The notes under the pieces are model-generated. The model saw only the letters and a program-made list of their open reading frames with translations. It did no database searches and had not been told where the DNA came from. Shown here in pieces: positions 10,959 through 23,975 of a stretch of DNA of 64,000 nucleotides (position 1 is its first letter; each line of letters begins with the position of its first letter). The stretch is from positions 634,336 to 698,335 of the forward strand of contig NMRA01000078.1 in assembly GCA_002633005.1 (NCBI GenBank), in the 5' to 3' direction. Origin of the DNA: Phoronis australis (lineage: Eukaryota; Animalia; Phoronida). A program made the translations under genes and the position numbers.

Positions 10959-13900
10959 CTATGGTGACGAAATTTGGGTCTTGGTGAATTTTACTACGAG
11001 CTTGCAAGTCATGTGAACATGATTTTGCAAAAGTTATGTGTATATAATATGAATGTTTCTGTTGAGTGTTTGGAAGTTGGCCTCTTTAGTACATGAATGT
11101 ACTGTGAAATCTCATCAGTTTAGGGCACAGGAAGGTAGACAAGGGAAATTTATATTCACATTTTCTCATAAATAGTGATAAACACCAAAGTACTGATTTG
11201 CCATTTTCAAGCTCTGTATTGTGGTTACTGTCAGGTACTGTTTTGAAAAGGTACGGCATTGACTGGAACTGGCAGCCATCTTTGTCCAAAATTTGTGAGA
11301 TTTCACAGTATATTTGAAAAATGCAGCACCACGCTGCTTTTGTATGTTACAGTCAAATTGACTACTGTGTCAAATATGTTACATCTATGATACAGGATAA
11401 AAATCACTATTAGACTTTTAATGCTGGTGTTTGTTTTTTGATGGACTTTGTCCTGGGTTCATAACAAAAAGTATAGTCGCATCTGTGAACAAATATGGAA
11501 CGTAGTGATAGAGTTGGAAACAAGAGGATGTGTTTTATGTAGTGTCCAAGTCACCAGGCGCAGTGTGTCCTGTTTCTGTGGAGAACGTGGCAGGATACGT
11601 GTCACCATTTTAGGTCATGTGATTTTAGATCAACTTTTAACTCATCGGTATTGCGCGTCACCGTTTTTTATATTTTCAATTCAAGGTGTTCAGTTTATGC
11701 GCAATTTGTGCATCCGCTGATCCGTTTTATTAAAGTGCAATTAAACAGATCTGGTACTAGAACGTGCCAAACATTGAAGTTGTGGTTTTAATCCAAAACG
11801 CCTCAAATGTATAATGATATTCACCGTGCTATATTTGTTTTACTTGTTTGTCAGCAAAATACGAGTTCGTAGTTACCAGTGGTTAAGAACTGATAGTTGG
11901 TAATCATAGGACATTTTTAATAGGCAATTCTATTTAGAAGTCTGATAACCAACTGGAATTGTGTCTACCACATGCACTACCGCTCAAGGTTGCTGGTTTT
12001 GGCTGTAAAAATCAAATTTTTGTTCCACCATGCAGGTGTGTTCAGTTTACATGTACAAATGTAATGTTTCACGCTTTAGCCAAAAGTATGTCAGGTTACA
12101 GCCCAGGGTTTTCATTCTGAACAATTTCTTAACAGTAAGATGTGCTAGTTAACCTCCTGTCTAGCTCACAATATGTCGGAGGTGAGAGATTTTGTTTTTA
12201 AAATAGGTAATATCTCACAAGAAAGATAAATTAAGAAAAATTTAATTCATTGTTAACTTGGTGTTTACCGTGTGGAAATTGTATAAGAGCACTTGACTAG
12301 TTTCCTCTTGTTTTGGGCGAGGTAATCGGTTTTTGAAAAAGACAAATGTCAATTTTGGAAATCATTTTGTGAAAAACAGGGAAAGAGTTACCCTAACTGT
12401 CTATAACTCTTAATTGTTTTTATTATCTCGATGTGGCCAGTTTTTGAAAAAGGGAAAATGGTAATTGTTTTGTGTGAAACACACGTTTTTCAGTCCATTC
12501 TCATGGCAATAATTTATGTAAAAGTGTCATAATCAGTTGTAGTAATTAGTTTTAGCGTTGTAAACATGTTGTCAACTATTAGTTTTGTAGGTGCTAAGCG
12601 CAATTATTGTTCTTTGTAATCATAACTGTTTTGTACCTTTCAATTATTGTAAGATATTTTCTGGCGGTGGTGTCAGAGATGTCTTATCTTATTTTTAGGG
12701 TTTCCTAGTCCAGTTCTCTGCCCATTGTCGTATGAGTGTATGACTCGCATGGCAATTACATATCATGATGATTTCCGATTGAAATTCTCTTCAACACACC
12801 GCATTAAGTTACCTCTTATTGGCTAGTTTTTATTGTTCTTTCTACGTAGAAAAAATACCCTAAATTAGATTTTGTGTAGGAGTTCAGTTTCAGAACCCTA
12901 ACAGGGTGTTATATTGCAATATATTTCAGTCAGTCAGTGTTTAATTTCTGTGCAGTCTTCGCTTGTGCGAAAATTGCCCTGGTCTACTCAAAAGGAACTT
13001 AGATCAGTGCTCATCATCAGGAGAATTGATGACAGAGGTTCTTGTACAAATCTGTTGACGAAGTTCATAGTGCCATCAAAAAGCAGGGTTTCTAATGGGG
13101 CTGGTACATCACAACTTGGGCCATCCCAGGCTGGCGCGATTTTTAAAATCTAATAAGATCTTGTTTGTTATTGATTCTTTTCGGTACTCTATTATACGCA
13201 ATCACAACACACAGCCCAATGGACCACTTGCAGGCTTCTCAAACTTAGCAAAAAGAGGGACAAAATCACCATCTTGTTACGTAACCTTGCATAAGGTACC
13301 TTTGGCCTTGCAACTAGAAACTAGCATGGGTTCTATCAATCCTTAGGCGAATGTGCAGTAGCAGGTTAGCACCATGCAGTGAATGGACTTGGGTTAAAGT
13401 GCTTTCCGTCGCGCAAAAGGTCTTTGGTTTATCTGTCACACTCCTAAGAGTTTCACAATACTCAGTGGAGCTATACTTTCATCCCCAGGTGCTGTAAAGC
13501 ACGCAGTGAAGATCATTAGTCGATGGCATAAAACCGCCACATGTTGACTGCACCCTTGGCGGACTATTGAGTGAAACGAGTAGCGTGATAGGACAGAGAT
13601 AAGTGAGGGGAAACGATCCCTTATTGTAAGCGTGACGTTCATAGATCCCTCGATATTGTAGGCACGTTTCTTCACCCTTCATTTGTAGATACAGTGCTGA
13701 CCTGTCGCTCGTTAGTGTAAGGGCAACGGTTCCGTCCATCCAGGACTGCCTACCGTTTTAATGTCCCAACTTGAAGAAACAGAAAAAGCTTAAAATAATG
13801 AAAACTGTACTAACAGTAGAACATACATAGGTAGGATGCAAATGGGCCTGTGTAAGAGATTTATCGGTGTAAATCGAAGTCTGACGTATCTGAGGGGACG

Positions 13901-14325
13901 AGAGTTTTTTCCTGGGTTATGAGAGAGCAACTTGCACGAATTTTACTGTATGATGGTTACACAAAGGGATGGTCGGTACAAAACAGTTTTCGTACGATTT
14001 TAGCCAGCTGTAAGTTCAGGCGCGGCCGCGTTATGCGGGAAATTGTTGTTCATTTTCTTCTTATAGTTGCTGGTGACGCTTGTTCAACATATCATGAACT
14101 GCATACCAGTTCTTCTGTAGCCTTCTGGTTTCTCGTGGTGCCCAATTGAAAGTCATAATATGATTAAGATTTGAACACTGAATCAAGAGTCTTACTTTTT
14201 GAACACGAGTTTGTTATGTGTTAGTAACGTTAAATTTTCCAGCAAGACTCGCCAAATAAAGGTCAATCAATACCAAACTTCTGTGGTCTACTTTATAAAA
14301 AATAGCTTAAACCGTCTATGGCAGG

Positions 14326-15079
14326 AAAACCAACCGTTGAAAATCAATACCCTTCCATTCCTAAGTTCTCTGGTCAATCCTTAGTAGGGAATTAAAAAAA
14401 CAGAGTTCCAACGGTTGAGTTTTCGTCAATCGGCGCAGAATTTAGCACCACTTTGCCCTACACCGAAAAACAGCGAATTTGTCGAAGATTCCTCGTCCTC
14501 ACTTAAAATGTCTATGGCAGGAAATCCAACCGTTGAAAATCGATGCCCTTCCTTTCCTAGGTCTTCTGGTCCTCGCTTAGTAGGGAAATAGAAAAAAAAA
14601 CAACTTCCAACGGTTGAGTTTTAGTCAATCGGCTCAGAACTTTGCACCACTTTGCCCTACACAGAATTTTCGGAGATTCCGCGCCCTCACTTAAATGATG
14701 TCACGGAATCTGAGTCAAATTCACATTTTTAGGGTAAAGTCGTACAAAGTTCTGCTGCGATTGACGAAAACTCAAACGTTTGTTTTTTGCTATTTCCCCA
14801 CGAAGGGAGGGCCAGAGGACCTAGTTTTGGAAATGCATCGATTTCCAACTGTTGGTTTTTAGGCCATAGACGATTTAATTGAGGTCGCGGAATCTCAAGC
14901 AAATTCGCAGTTTTTCGGTGTAGGGCAAAATCGTACAAAGTTCTGCGCCAATTGACGAAAACTCAAAGGTTGAAAGTCGTTTTTTTTTTGCTATTTCCCT
15001 ACTGAAAGTGGGCCTGAGGACTTAGGAAAGGAAGAGCATCGATTTTCAAGTGTTGGTTTTCTGGACACAGGCGATTTAA
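14326..15079. mobile_element. Foldback/MITE-like element whose inverted arms each contain tandem ~185-bp units
   Basis: Unit GTCTATGGCAGGAAA..CAACCGTTGAAAATC...TTAGTAGGGAA...GAGTTTTCGTCAATCGGC.CAGAA...TTTGCCCTACAC occurs twice on + (from ~14330 and ~14510). Its reverse complement occurs twice in 14728-15079. Confidence 0.75.
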
Positions 15080-15419
15080 TGTCAGACACGGCAGTCCAAA
15101 ATCGTGCTATCGATGATTTTTGTGACCAGCTTCGTCCATATGCGTCGTTAGCAGCCTGCTGGGTAGCAGTGAACACTTAGGCTGTAGCCAAGGGGCCCTA
15201 GAATTTATGTACTAGGCGTATGTCAGGTTCGGCTGGTTGCTCGAGAAAAGTATTGAAAACAGATGCCAGGAAACTAATTTACTTGTGTTTTTGATTGAGA
15301 AAAGTCAAGTTTTTTAGCCGTGAACTACTTTTGATGAACAACTGTGGCTGTCGTTTGCTTTCAACTCCTGTTGTCTGCTGTCCAAGAAACCGGGTGCTAT
15401 TTCAGGTGGCTGTCAGATA

Positions 15420-16040
15420 GATCAAAATTGCCAAAAAGTAGCTGGTAAGGGACATACTATGACCACAATTTTAGAATTTAGATAGTGCGAGCATTCTGGA
15501 TATGTAGTCGGATTTTTTCTAGCGCTTGCAGGGAAGTCGTAATTTTGTGGAGAAAACTGACTAATGTTTACGTTGATAGCCAGGATAATAATCAGTTGAG
15601 TGTTGAGGAAGTCGACATACAGAGACTGGTGTTTACTTGAACTGTTGGCCGGATGCTGTTCCAGTTGAACAACAACATAATTTTTTATGGCCTGAGTGCT
15701 CTGCAGAAATCTGGACATTTAGTAAAACTGAGAAGTATGCTTGCGTTACACAGGAAATAGTTTTTGATATGGACTTTGGTTGACAGTGACTTTCGATTGT
15801 ATGATTATTCAATTGAACAGTTTGAAGTAAATCAATTGATGACACTTTGCTCATAACACTGATTTTGATAGCGGTGTCGTTTGCTTGCACTTGGCACAAA
15901 CCCGATTCCTTGTGTCGCTACGCTGTTGGAACTGTAATCGAACTTGTCTTGGACTATGAAGAATTGCCTTCGTGTGTTTTGGCAGAAAATGGTTGCTAAG
16001 ACACTGTTGAGTGGATTGAGAGTTACCGTCAAAATTTAGT
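15420..16040 (-). pseudogene. Possible degraded LINE ORF1 (gag-like) remnant
   Basis: Three overlapping, frameshift-linked minus-strand ORFs (15832-16032, 15633-15899, 15422-15718). The segment IKISVMSK..LLQTVQLNNHTIESH..K..SKTISCV loosely recalls I/Jockey-type ORF1. Family assignment is weak. Confidence 0.25.
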
Positions 16041-16984
16041 GAAAATCATCTTTAGTTCTAGCAAGTCCATGGAGACAGCAGAAATCGCTAATTGACACTG
16101 CAGGATGACCAGAAAGGAAAAAACCTACATGCATGGTGCTAGAATGAACACTGACTACATTCTGCTAAAAATGACATGAAAGCTGCGTTTTATATTATTT
16201 ATAACAGGATATAACAAAGAAAAATGCATTGCTAACTTTCTTTCTCGCGTTTCTCAAAATGGGAATTTTTGGGCAAAGAAATGTTGTAAATAAAAAAACT
16301 GTTTGAGGTATACTCATAAAGGTTGGCATGCAGTATCTTTGCATATATATTTACAATACTACAGAAGCATTTTTTCAAAATCTCAACTGAAAAAAATTAT
16401 GATTTCTGAAAATTTGTTTATTCTCGATTGTTTTTTTTCAACTTTCAAGGCCGTATAAAAATAATGTTACGAATTTTTAAACTTCCTTCTGTGGTTTTGT
16501 TGATCATTACTTTAACATAAATCACAGAAAACAGATCAGAAATATGTAAACAGGTTAATGAGTTATAACGTTTCTCGTGGATGCACCAATGTTACGTATT
16601 TTTTGGCGTTACCATGACAACCGAATATTTTTTTCTCGAATTTGGTTGCCAATATATGAGTAGTCAAACCTTGTTTTAAGTGATATGTATTTATTGAAGA
16701 ATACACAAGACGTACAAAGAAATGATGACAAACCCAGAAATCGCGAAGCATTATATCTCGGTTGTAAACAATTCATAAATGAAACTAAAATACATAGAGA
16801 TATATACATTTAAGTAGTATCTAATATAAGTATCCCAATATTTAGATATGTTTTTGCGAATATATAAAAACAAAAACATGTACATATTCATGTATGGAAG
16901 TCAGGAGCAGAGATATTGATAAACGATACATAAAAATTTGCTAACGTTGCTTAGAAGGAATTCAATGAGAACGACGTCAAAAAT

Positions 16985-17262
16985 AAGACAACCATTCAAT
17001 AATAATGTAACTTTAGTAGGGATATTATTACAAGAATTGAGAACATTAACAATTGAGTGCACGAAAGAGTGAGTCTCTCAGGTATTCGATGAGGGGACAT
17101 TTGAAAAAAATATGAGGATAAGATAGATGGTCACCACATTTACAGTTTGGAGAAACATTACTAAAGTTATGCCTAAACTTGTCAGAATTGAGGAAAAGAC
17201 CACATCTTGATTTGTACAATGCTATTTCGTTATCGCGTGGAAGGGAGAATTGAGTTAAGGGT
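16985..17262 (-). mobile_element. 3'-terminal fragment of a LINE ORF2 (CR1-group-like C-terminal Cys/His motif)
   Basis: Minus-strand ORF reads LNSDKFRHNFSNVSPNCKCGDHLSYPHIFFKCPLIEYLRDSLF, the SPxCxCG...H.FF.CP....R..L motif typical of LINE ORF2 C-termini. It is 5'-truncated. Confidence 0.65.
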
Positions 17263-17263
17263 G

Positions 17264-17471
17264 CAAAAAGCCCACACACACTTTTATCTTGGACCGCTCG
17301 AGGTCAAGGACGGTACGGAAATTGCCGGTTTGTCGCGTAAAATCACGATATCGATAACTCTACACTTAGCCGCCAGGAGAAAACTATTGAGTACTTCTGT
17401 AACTCATCGGCAATTTCCGTACCGTCCTTGACCTCTTGCGGTCCAAGATAAAAGTGTTTATGGGCTTTTTG
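17264..17471. mobile_element. 208-bp MITE/hairpin with ~64-bp inverted arms
   Basis: 17264-17327 (CAAAAAGCCCA..ACACTTTTATCTTGGACCGC..GAGGTCAAGGACGGTACGGAAATTGCCG) is the reverse complement of 17408-17471 with about 4 mismatches. Confidence 0.85.
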
Positions 17472-19849
17472 TGAACATTTTTGTTCTCTGACAGCGAATT
17501 TCTTACGAAGTCGCCGGAACAGGACACTGCGAATGGTATTACAAGAAAGAACAATTACTAATGGTTTGCTGAAACCCTGTTTTGTGTAAATTCATTGAGT
17601 TTTGTGTTTGATATGGACGGCTGAAGTGAAGCACCCGTGGAATTTCTGGTCGGGAGTGTCATACCTTGTAGTATTATATGTAGTGTATTGGGGACGATCA
17701 GAAGCTGAGGACCCTATGTGTAAGACCAGAGAAACTCACTCTTCTCGAGGCACTCAACGGATAGCCGGATTTAACAATTAATACACCAATGCTTATTGGC
17801 AATTCAAGGGTTGTTAAATGAATAAGGTAGTCTGGACAATTAGAGGAGTCATTTTTAAACAACATAATTATATCGTAGACTCGATTACAGGTAAATAAAT
17901 AGCAACTTAGTTGAAAAGCGCAACATATAAATTCACTCTTGGGAAACCAGTTAGTTCTGTTGCAAGTGAATACAAAACACATATGTATTTGAAGACATAA
18001 TAAGGAAATTCGGGTGATAATGATTGACCTAAAGATATGTACAGAGGAAATATGACCAACATAGCAACAGACAAAAGAAGGTGAAAAATAAGAGTTTCAA
18101 CACTCAAATGCGCTGAAGAAAACAAAAAATGAAGTATTGAAGATCTCTTACTATGGATAACTCAACTGTAACACGTTTTAGAATTGATATAAGGCCATAA
18201 GTGCTTACCACTATAGGTCACCCACTAATGACTAATCAGCTCATGTGTTCGGTGTTGTCTTCTGAATTGAAGTTAACTTTCTCACGGATAGGAACACCTT
18301 TTTTCACAGGGATTATTTGAACTTGAAACTCATTATAAACTCAATTATGGTGACAGAAAGTGCTCAACGTGATTTTTTCACGGGCAAGATAAAACAGTAA
18401 TAAATCAATTAATGTTATGTGGAACCATTCTGAAACCCACAACAAAAATCACATGTAGTTGTAGAATCTGCACCTGACTGACAGAGAACAGAACAAGTGT
18501 CTAGAAATTAAAATCAATACCATAGTAAGTGAAAGGTGTCAATAACACGACCGAACAGAAATGCCACACAAAATCAAAGTGACGTGTAAGTTTATCCTGA
18601 CCAACTATTTGGTATGGAGTTTCCTCAAAATCAACGTTCTGCGAAACACAACAGTCGGAAAAATAATAATTATATAAGTGACAGCCACTAAGGCCGGAGC
18701 TCACACATAAGAATCATTGTCTTATGTGAATATCATGCAATGTACGATTCCGTCACACATTTAAATTAAAATGTGGGAAACATGTTTTTTCGACAACCAA
18801 AAACAACACATAAGTACAGTCTGTAAGCAGTTGCAAAGATACTATATTACGTTTTTGGTAAGGGTGAGTGTTGCCGTACTCGGCTATGCGTATCTGTTCG
18901 AACTAGATTCTGGAGTGATCCTGCTCATTAATACGACAGCACTTAGAGTGTAATTTTGTGCATACGAGATATGACGCATAACATATCTAGAACAGAGTAA
19001 AAACTAAAAGTGACTTTGCGAATATACCAAAAATACTGAATTTTGCGCTTTGTTGAACTGGCTAAGAACGAATATCGTATCGACCTATTTACTCTCATGA
19101 AAAATCCGGGATCTCGTAATATTCCTCACCATTATAGGGAGATATTTCCGTTAGCAACAAGAGCACCACTTGAAAAAGCACATCAGAGTTCTTTGGGGTT
19201 GGTTGACCTTGAAACAGCGAATGGCGAAAAACGAAATAGCGGTGGCTTGAAAATAACAAAAATGGTGACACATATCTGCATTTTGACCTACTGCTATAAT
19301 TTTTCACGATGCCCACAAATTTTCATAACATTTTCTGAGTGTAGCTTGTACATGGCAAATCGTTACTTTGATGATTCTTACAACTTATGAAAAAGTGTGC
19401 AAACAAAACACAATGCCTGCCGTATTTTGTCCTGAACACTGGCTTGGTCACGAGGGTCACAAATGGGCCATGGTTCTCTGTTCGCTGGAGTGAGCCCCCT
19501 ATCCAGATTGAAATTCAATTTAATATTGCGTTTGCCTACCCTTGCTCATTACTGTGTGATTAAATCAGATTTGGGTCAAGTCATAAAAGGAACATAAAAA
19601 TCAGCGCAACCACGTAGATTTTTTGCTCAACGTTTTGCTTTCAAGCAGTTTAAAGACAGTAAACCAACGAACACTCAACACAGTCAATCAGACAAACACT
19701 AACTGTACAAACAACGACTATACTCAAACACAGCAAACTACCATAGAGTCAAGGCAACAGAGGTCTGCCCCGGGTCGTCTCATTAAAAATTCTTGCATCG
19801 CTATGCGAGTGGTCCTGAATTTATAAGATTTTACCGCATACCACAAGGA

Positions 19850-20260
19850 CATGGATATTATGCACTATGCACACACGGTTTTTACAAAATCATGATTGCA
19901 TGACACTAGAACGAAGGAAATCCTGTAACAAAATTAACCATCACGTAAATTCGTCACCACAGTTCCAGTCTGGTATCTCCAGCTTCAGGCACCTCTTTTT
20001 TTCAACATATATCTCATCGATAGGCAACATCCAACCTGCAAACGCGTTAGCAAAGTCAATGACGATGACAAAAGAGCAGTTTTAAAATGCAAAATAGCAA
20101 CATTGGTCGCATCACTTCTCCATTACCTCAGAGTTGAAATTTAACCCGTGTCGCCAAATCACGTCAAAAAATCTCATTTGCAACACCAGACATGCTTGTC
20201 ATGACCAATGCAAAATGAGTGACAGCTACACTGTAGAAGTCTCGCATAATCTCGCCTTTT
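19850..20260 (+). repeat. Dispersed repeat, copy 1 (inverted copy at ~49440-49820)
   Basis: Shared blocks such as AATTCGTCACCACAGTT, CAACCTGCAAACGC, TTTTAAAATGCAAAATAGCAA, CATCACTTCTCCATTACC and TCACGTCAAAA match the reverse complement of 49440-49820. Confidence 0.8.
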
Positions 20261-23200
20261 CTCCTGCTTTTTATATTTGCGGTCATATCGCACATGCTCA
20301 AGACTACACACCGTCACGTGGCAGTGAGTAAGACTTTTCAGGAGTCAATTAAACAGTTGATCAACATTTGATGAACGCACTTTGCGCGGCAGTATAATGA
20401 TTGTTACCCAAGAGAATCGCAAAAGTTCACATCCAATGAGCACAAGTATTTTTTATCACTAGTTGGACTGTTTATGACTAATCCGGTACAGTGAGACTTG
20501 ATTATCTGAGTCTACTATTGTATAGCGAGTTCGGATGATCCCTGAATTTGGCTTTCGGACCATTGTTTGTTGACTCATCTTGTGGCAAAATCTTGGCATC
20601 GGACTTGAACCACGAGCTCATGTGCGCGTCAGTGGTAAGTTTACGGTCACTCAGACTGTAGTCTGAGGCCGACAGCAGCAGTCTTCAAACCCGGTAAATC
20701 GCATCTTTTCCGAGAGCCTGTCGGTACAGGTAAATTGACACAGGAAATGGTCGCTAACTACGATTCCACGTATGTCGAAGACAGCATTTGTCGTACTGCA
20801 TGGGGATGAGGGTACGTAGTGATCTTTTGTCGGGTTTAGTTTTGATCCTTAGATTTTCGCAATTGATAAGGACCATAACGGACGGACAGTGCAGACAGCT
20901 AGAAACAATTCATGGGAAAATAAAACACAGACGAATTATGACAGCGTCAGGAATTAGTCAATCTTAGACAGAGTTTTTAAGAGATGATAAATTAGGCTTC
21001 ATCATTTTTAGTTTCCCCGAACATATAGACTCCGTCTCATATGGCGCAGGTAAACCAGGCAAACTATTTTATAATATTTGAGTGGCATCAAAAGAAATTT
21101 AAATACCTTGACTTTGACAAAATTGTTGATCTAATTGTATCAAATCGAAATTGGTCGCAACCACTTAAACATGAAGGCCGGAGCCTATACATATACAATG
21201 ATAACTTAGGGAGACGGGTATAGCTCTTATGAAAAAAAAAACATCAACGTTTGGTCTTCTGTCAAAAATATATCTCTGTCCACCTTCAAAATATGCAATA
21301 TGCATACGGTGGACTTGAAGTTCTCATTACCGGCCACTAATCCATTACTGTCGTCTGCGTCTGTAGTCTTGAGACTCTCACCAAGTTCGCACGTCTGTTG
21401 AGATATTTTGGTCATCATCATACCACGGTCATCATTTGGCCGTCATCACGTGATCATCTGGTTTAATGAGAAAAAGAATAACACATGACACCCAAGAGTG
21501 CATCACAGGTGCAAATCTATGAAGATAACACTTTTCGTAGGGATTTTTGGACAAATTAGAACTTTTAAACTTATCAATAAGTCCAAAACAGTACAAGAAG
21601 AATACCATGACTTCCCAGAATGAGTACCGGTATATCATTTGCAACAATTTTTATAATTGGGAAGAGTTATGGAATATGTACCGGTTATTCATATTGTCCC
21701 AACCCCCGGTTCTCGTTAAATGATGTATTTATGCGCTAGACATTAGCGACTTGCAAGTGAGTTTCATCATCAATGCCACTAGCCAAATGTTCTCACGTGA
21801 TGCTGCGTACGAAGAACCAGCATGCACATGGGTCACAAGATGTATCGTTACGCATATAACCGCAGCTCATATCAACATTACAATTCTTGCAGCTAAATAT
21901 TTTTGGATATGTCGGCAGATGATGCATTTAAAAATTAAATACTTAAAAAATTTCCATAGCTTTGAAATATCGCGGGGTTGATAATAAATGTGCACGTTAG
22001 CGCCTATTCGTACGTTTTGTCAGCATCAACGACCAAGTAAAAGTCTGTATTGGAGTATTTCTTTCTATACAGATTTGTAGTTAGAAAAGGTTACTTTTTG
22101 TGTAATTTCAAACTCACGAAGAGAGTTCTCTTATAGCGTATTTTATTGGAAAACGTGTCCTACCTTGAGATATTTTGTCACAAAAACAATTTGACCACAT
22201 CCCGTATAATCCTTCATGGGAGTAACCCCCGGGTTTAAACATTGCCCAAGTTAGTACGGTGTCACTTGTTTGTTAGTGATAACTCAGAATACTTTAAGTT
22301 GTCTCTACTTTGTCGTCGTGCGCCTTTCCTGAACTTCTGTCGTGTTTCGAGGTCCATTAAAATCAACTACGCATCCAATCATCATGTGCAGTCACAAAGA
22401 ACAACTGCAGTGTCAGAACATTTTGTCAGAAAGCTCTGGGTATGTGTGCCTCATACAGAGCACGCGCCAGTGTTAGCTTACGGAGCGCGTGAGCAAAGGG
22501 TGAGGAATACGGCACACCCGGAAGTCTGATGTTTTACATCGGGGCAGTTATCTATTTGTTTTGTATATGACTATGCAAATCTTGAACGGGCGTGGAAGTA
22601 TAGTATTTGGCCAACAGGTAGAGCGGCGACCAGACTTAAAAATGTTTGAGATCTATTTGCTTTGTATTGACACCTGACGTGACTTGTAAATGAATGCATT
22701 TCAGGCGAATTTTTTTGGTCCCAAATTGTTTCTTACCCAAATGTGCAATGTTGTCTGTGTTTACAAAGAACTTGTTGATCATTATTTTTACTCGAGACCG
22801 GCTTGCTCTGCACATAAAATGGCAAGTATGCCTCGGTGATAAGCCAATTTGAAGTGTCTGGTTTCAGAAGTACATGTATACTATCAAAATGTTAGTTCTT
22901 GCGATGCCAGATCATTACCTCCAATTTGACTAAGGAACAGTTTGATACCAATTTCCTAACCGTAAGGGGTCTAAATCAAAAAGTGACGGAAGACGGGTTT
23001 ACTTCCCCTTAAATAACGGTATCACTGCAACACGAATTCCATATTCTACGCAGATATCGCTGCTGTCAGTGACCACGGAAGTGTAAGTTCTTTTCAAAAG
23101 AAGCGTCAGTCCTCCAAATCTACGTTTCAGTGCTATGTCGGTGAAACTTCCGAAAAAGCCCCTTTTTGTCACTTATAAGGCCCGGTATATTCATATGGGT

Positions 23201-23975
23201 ACCAGAAAGATACCGAAGGCAGGATCTATGGGGCTTACAAACGGAAGTTCAGGTACACGTAATTGGAAGCGTGATTGAAAAGTTGGACCTATTTGTTCAA
23301 GTTGTTCACACACAGGCGCATGTGTCACGGGATTGTTAGTAATAGCCTGGGCCTACAGGCGAGGTTATTTGTATTTTTGTCCACTCATAGCACTTCCCAA
23401 TCAACACCTACATGTACTGTCAACCAAAAAGCCAGCCTTCACGCACTGAGTGTATTTCTTTCTATGACCTGGGATTAATATCATATGGGTCCTAGGAGTG
23501 GCTAAGTATGTGAAGATTTCGGGTTGTTCTATCCAAACCCCATACGGAGTAATAAAACAATTATCTCCTCCGCCATAACCATAGACTCTTTGTTACGCAG
23601 TGTTTAATTACACAGGCCAACTGAGACAGTTGTGTGACTAAGAGGAATCACGATGATAAACAACTCTTGGCAGAATTCTAAGCCACTATGCAACCTATTT
23701 AACTCATCCAAGTCCAAAATACAAGTGTTCCGTATACATTAGCATGACATACTCGAACATGCGGCAGTTGGTGAGCATACGTTTATGGCTACATACGTTT
23801 CAGGTTTTGTCTTCTGTGTAAAAGACACGAAAATGAATTTCTTTCGCTTATCCATCCTAATGCTATGTACATGTGGCTCCCCAGAAAATTTTTCAAACTC
23901 TCCGAAGCAATCCTTGATGCACTGTTATCCAAGTGATGTTAGGAAGTGCTATTCAAGATTTCCACTGCTTGCATG

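Noticed and set aside
13436-13770. Overlapping minus-strand ORFs after a good acceptor
   Set aside because: All three frames from the acceptor hit stops and no recognisable motif was found.
23040-23300. Possible further THAP remnant on the minus strand (SFHR...VTDSSDICVEY)
   Set aside because: Key W and H residues are absent and no termini were identified. Too weak to call.
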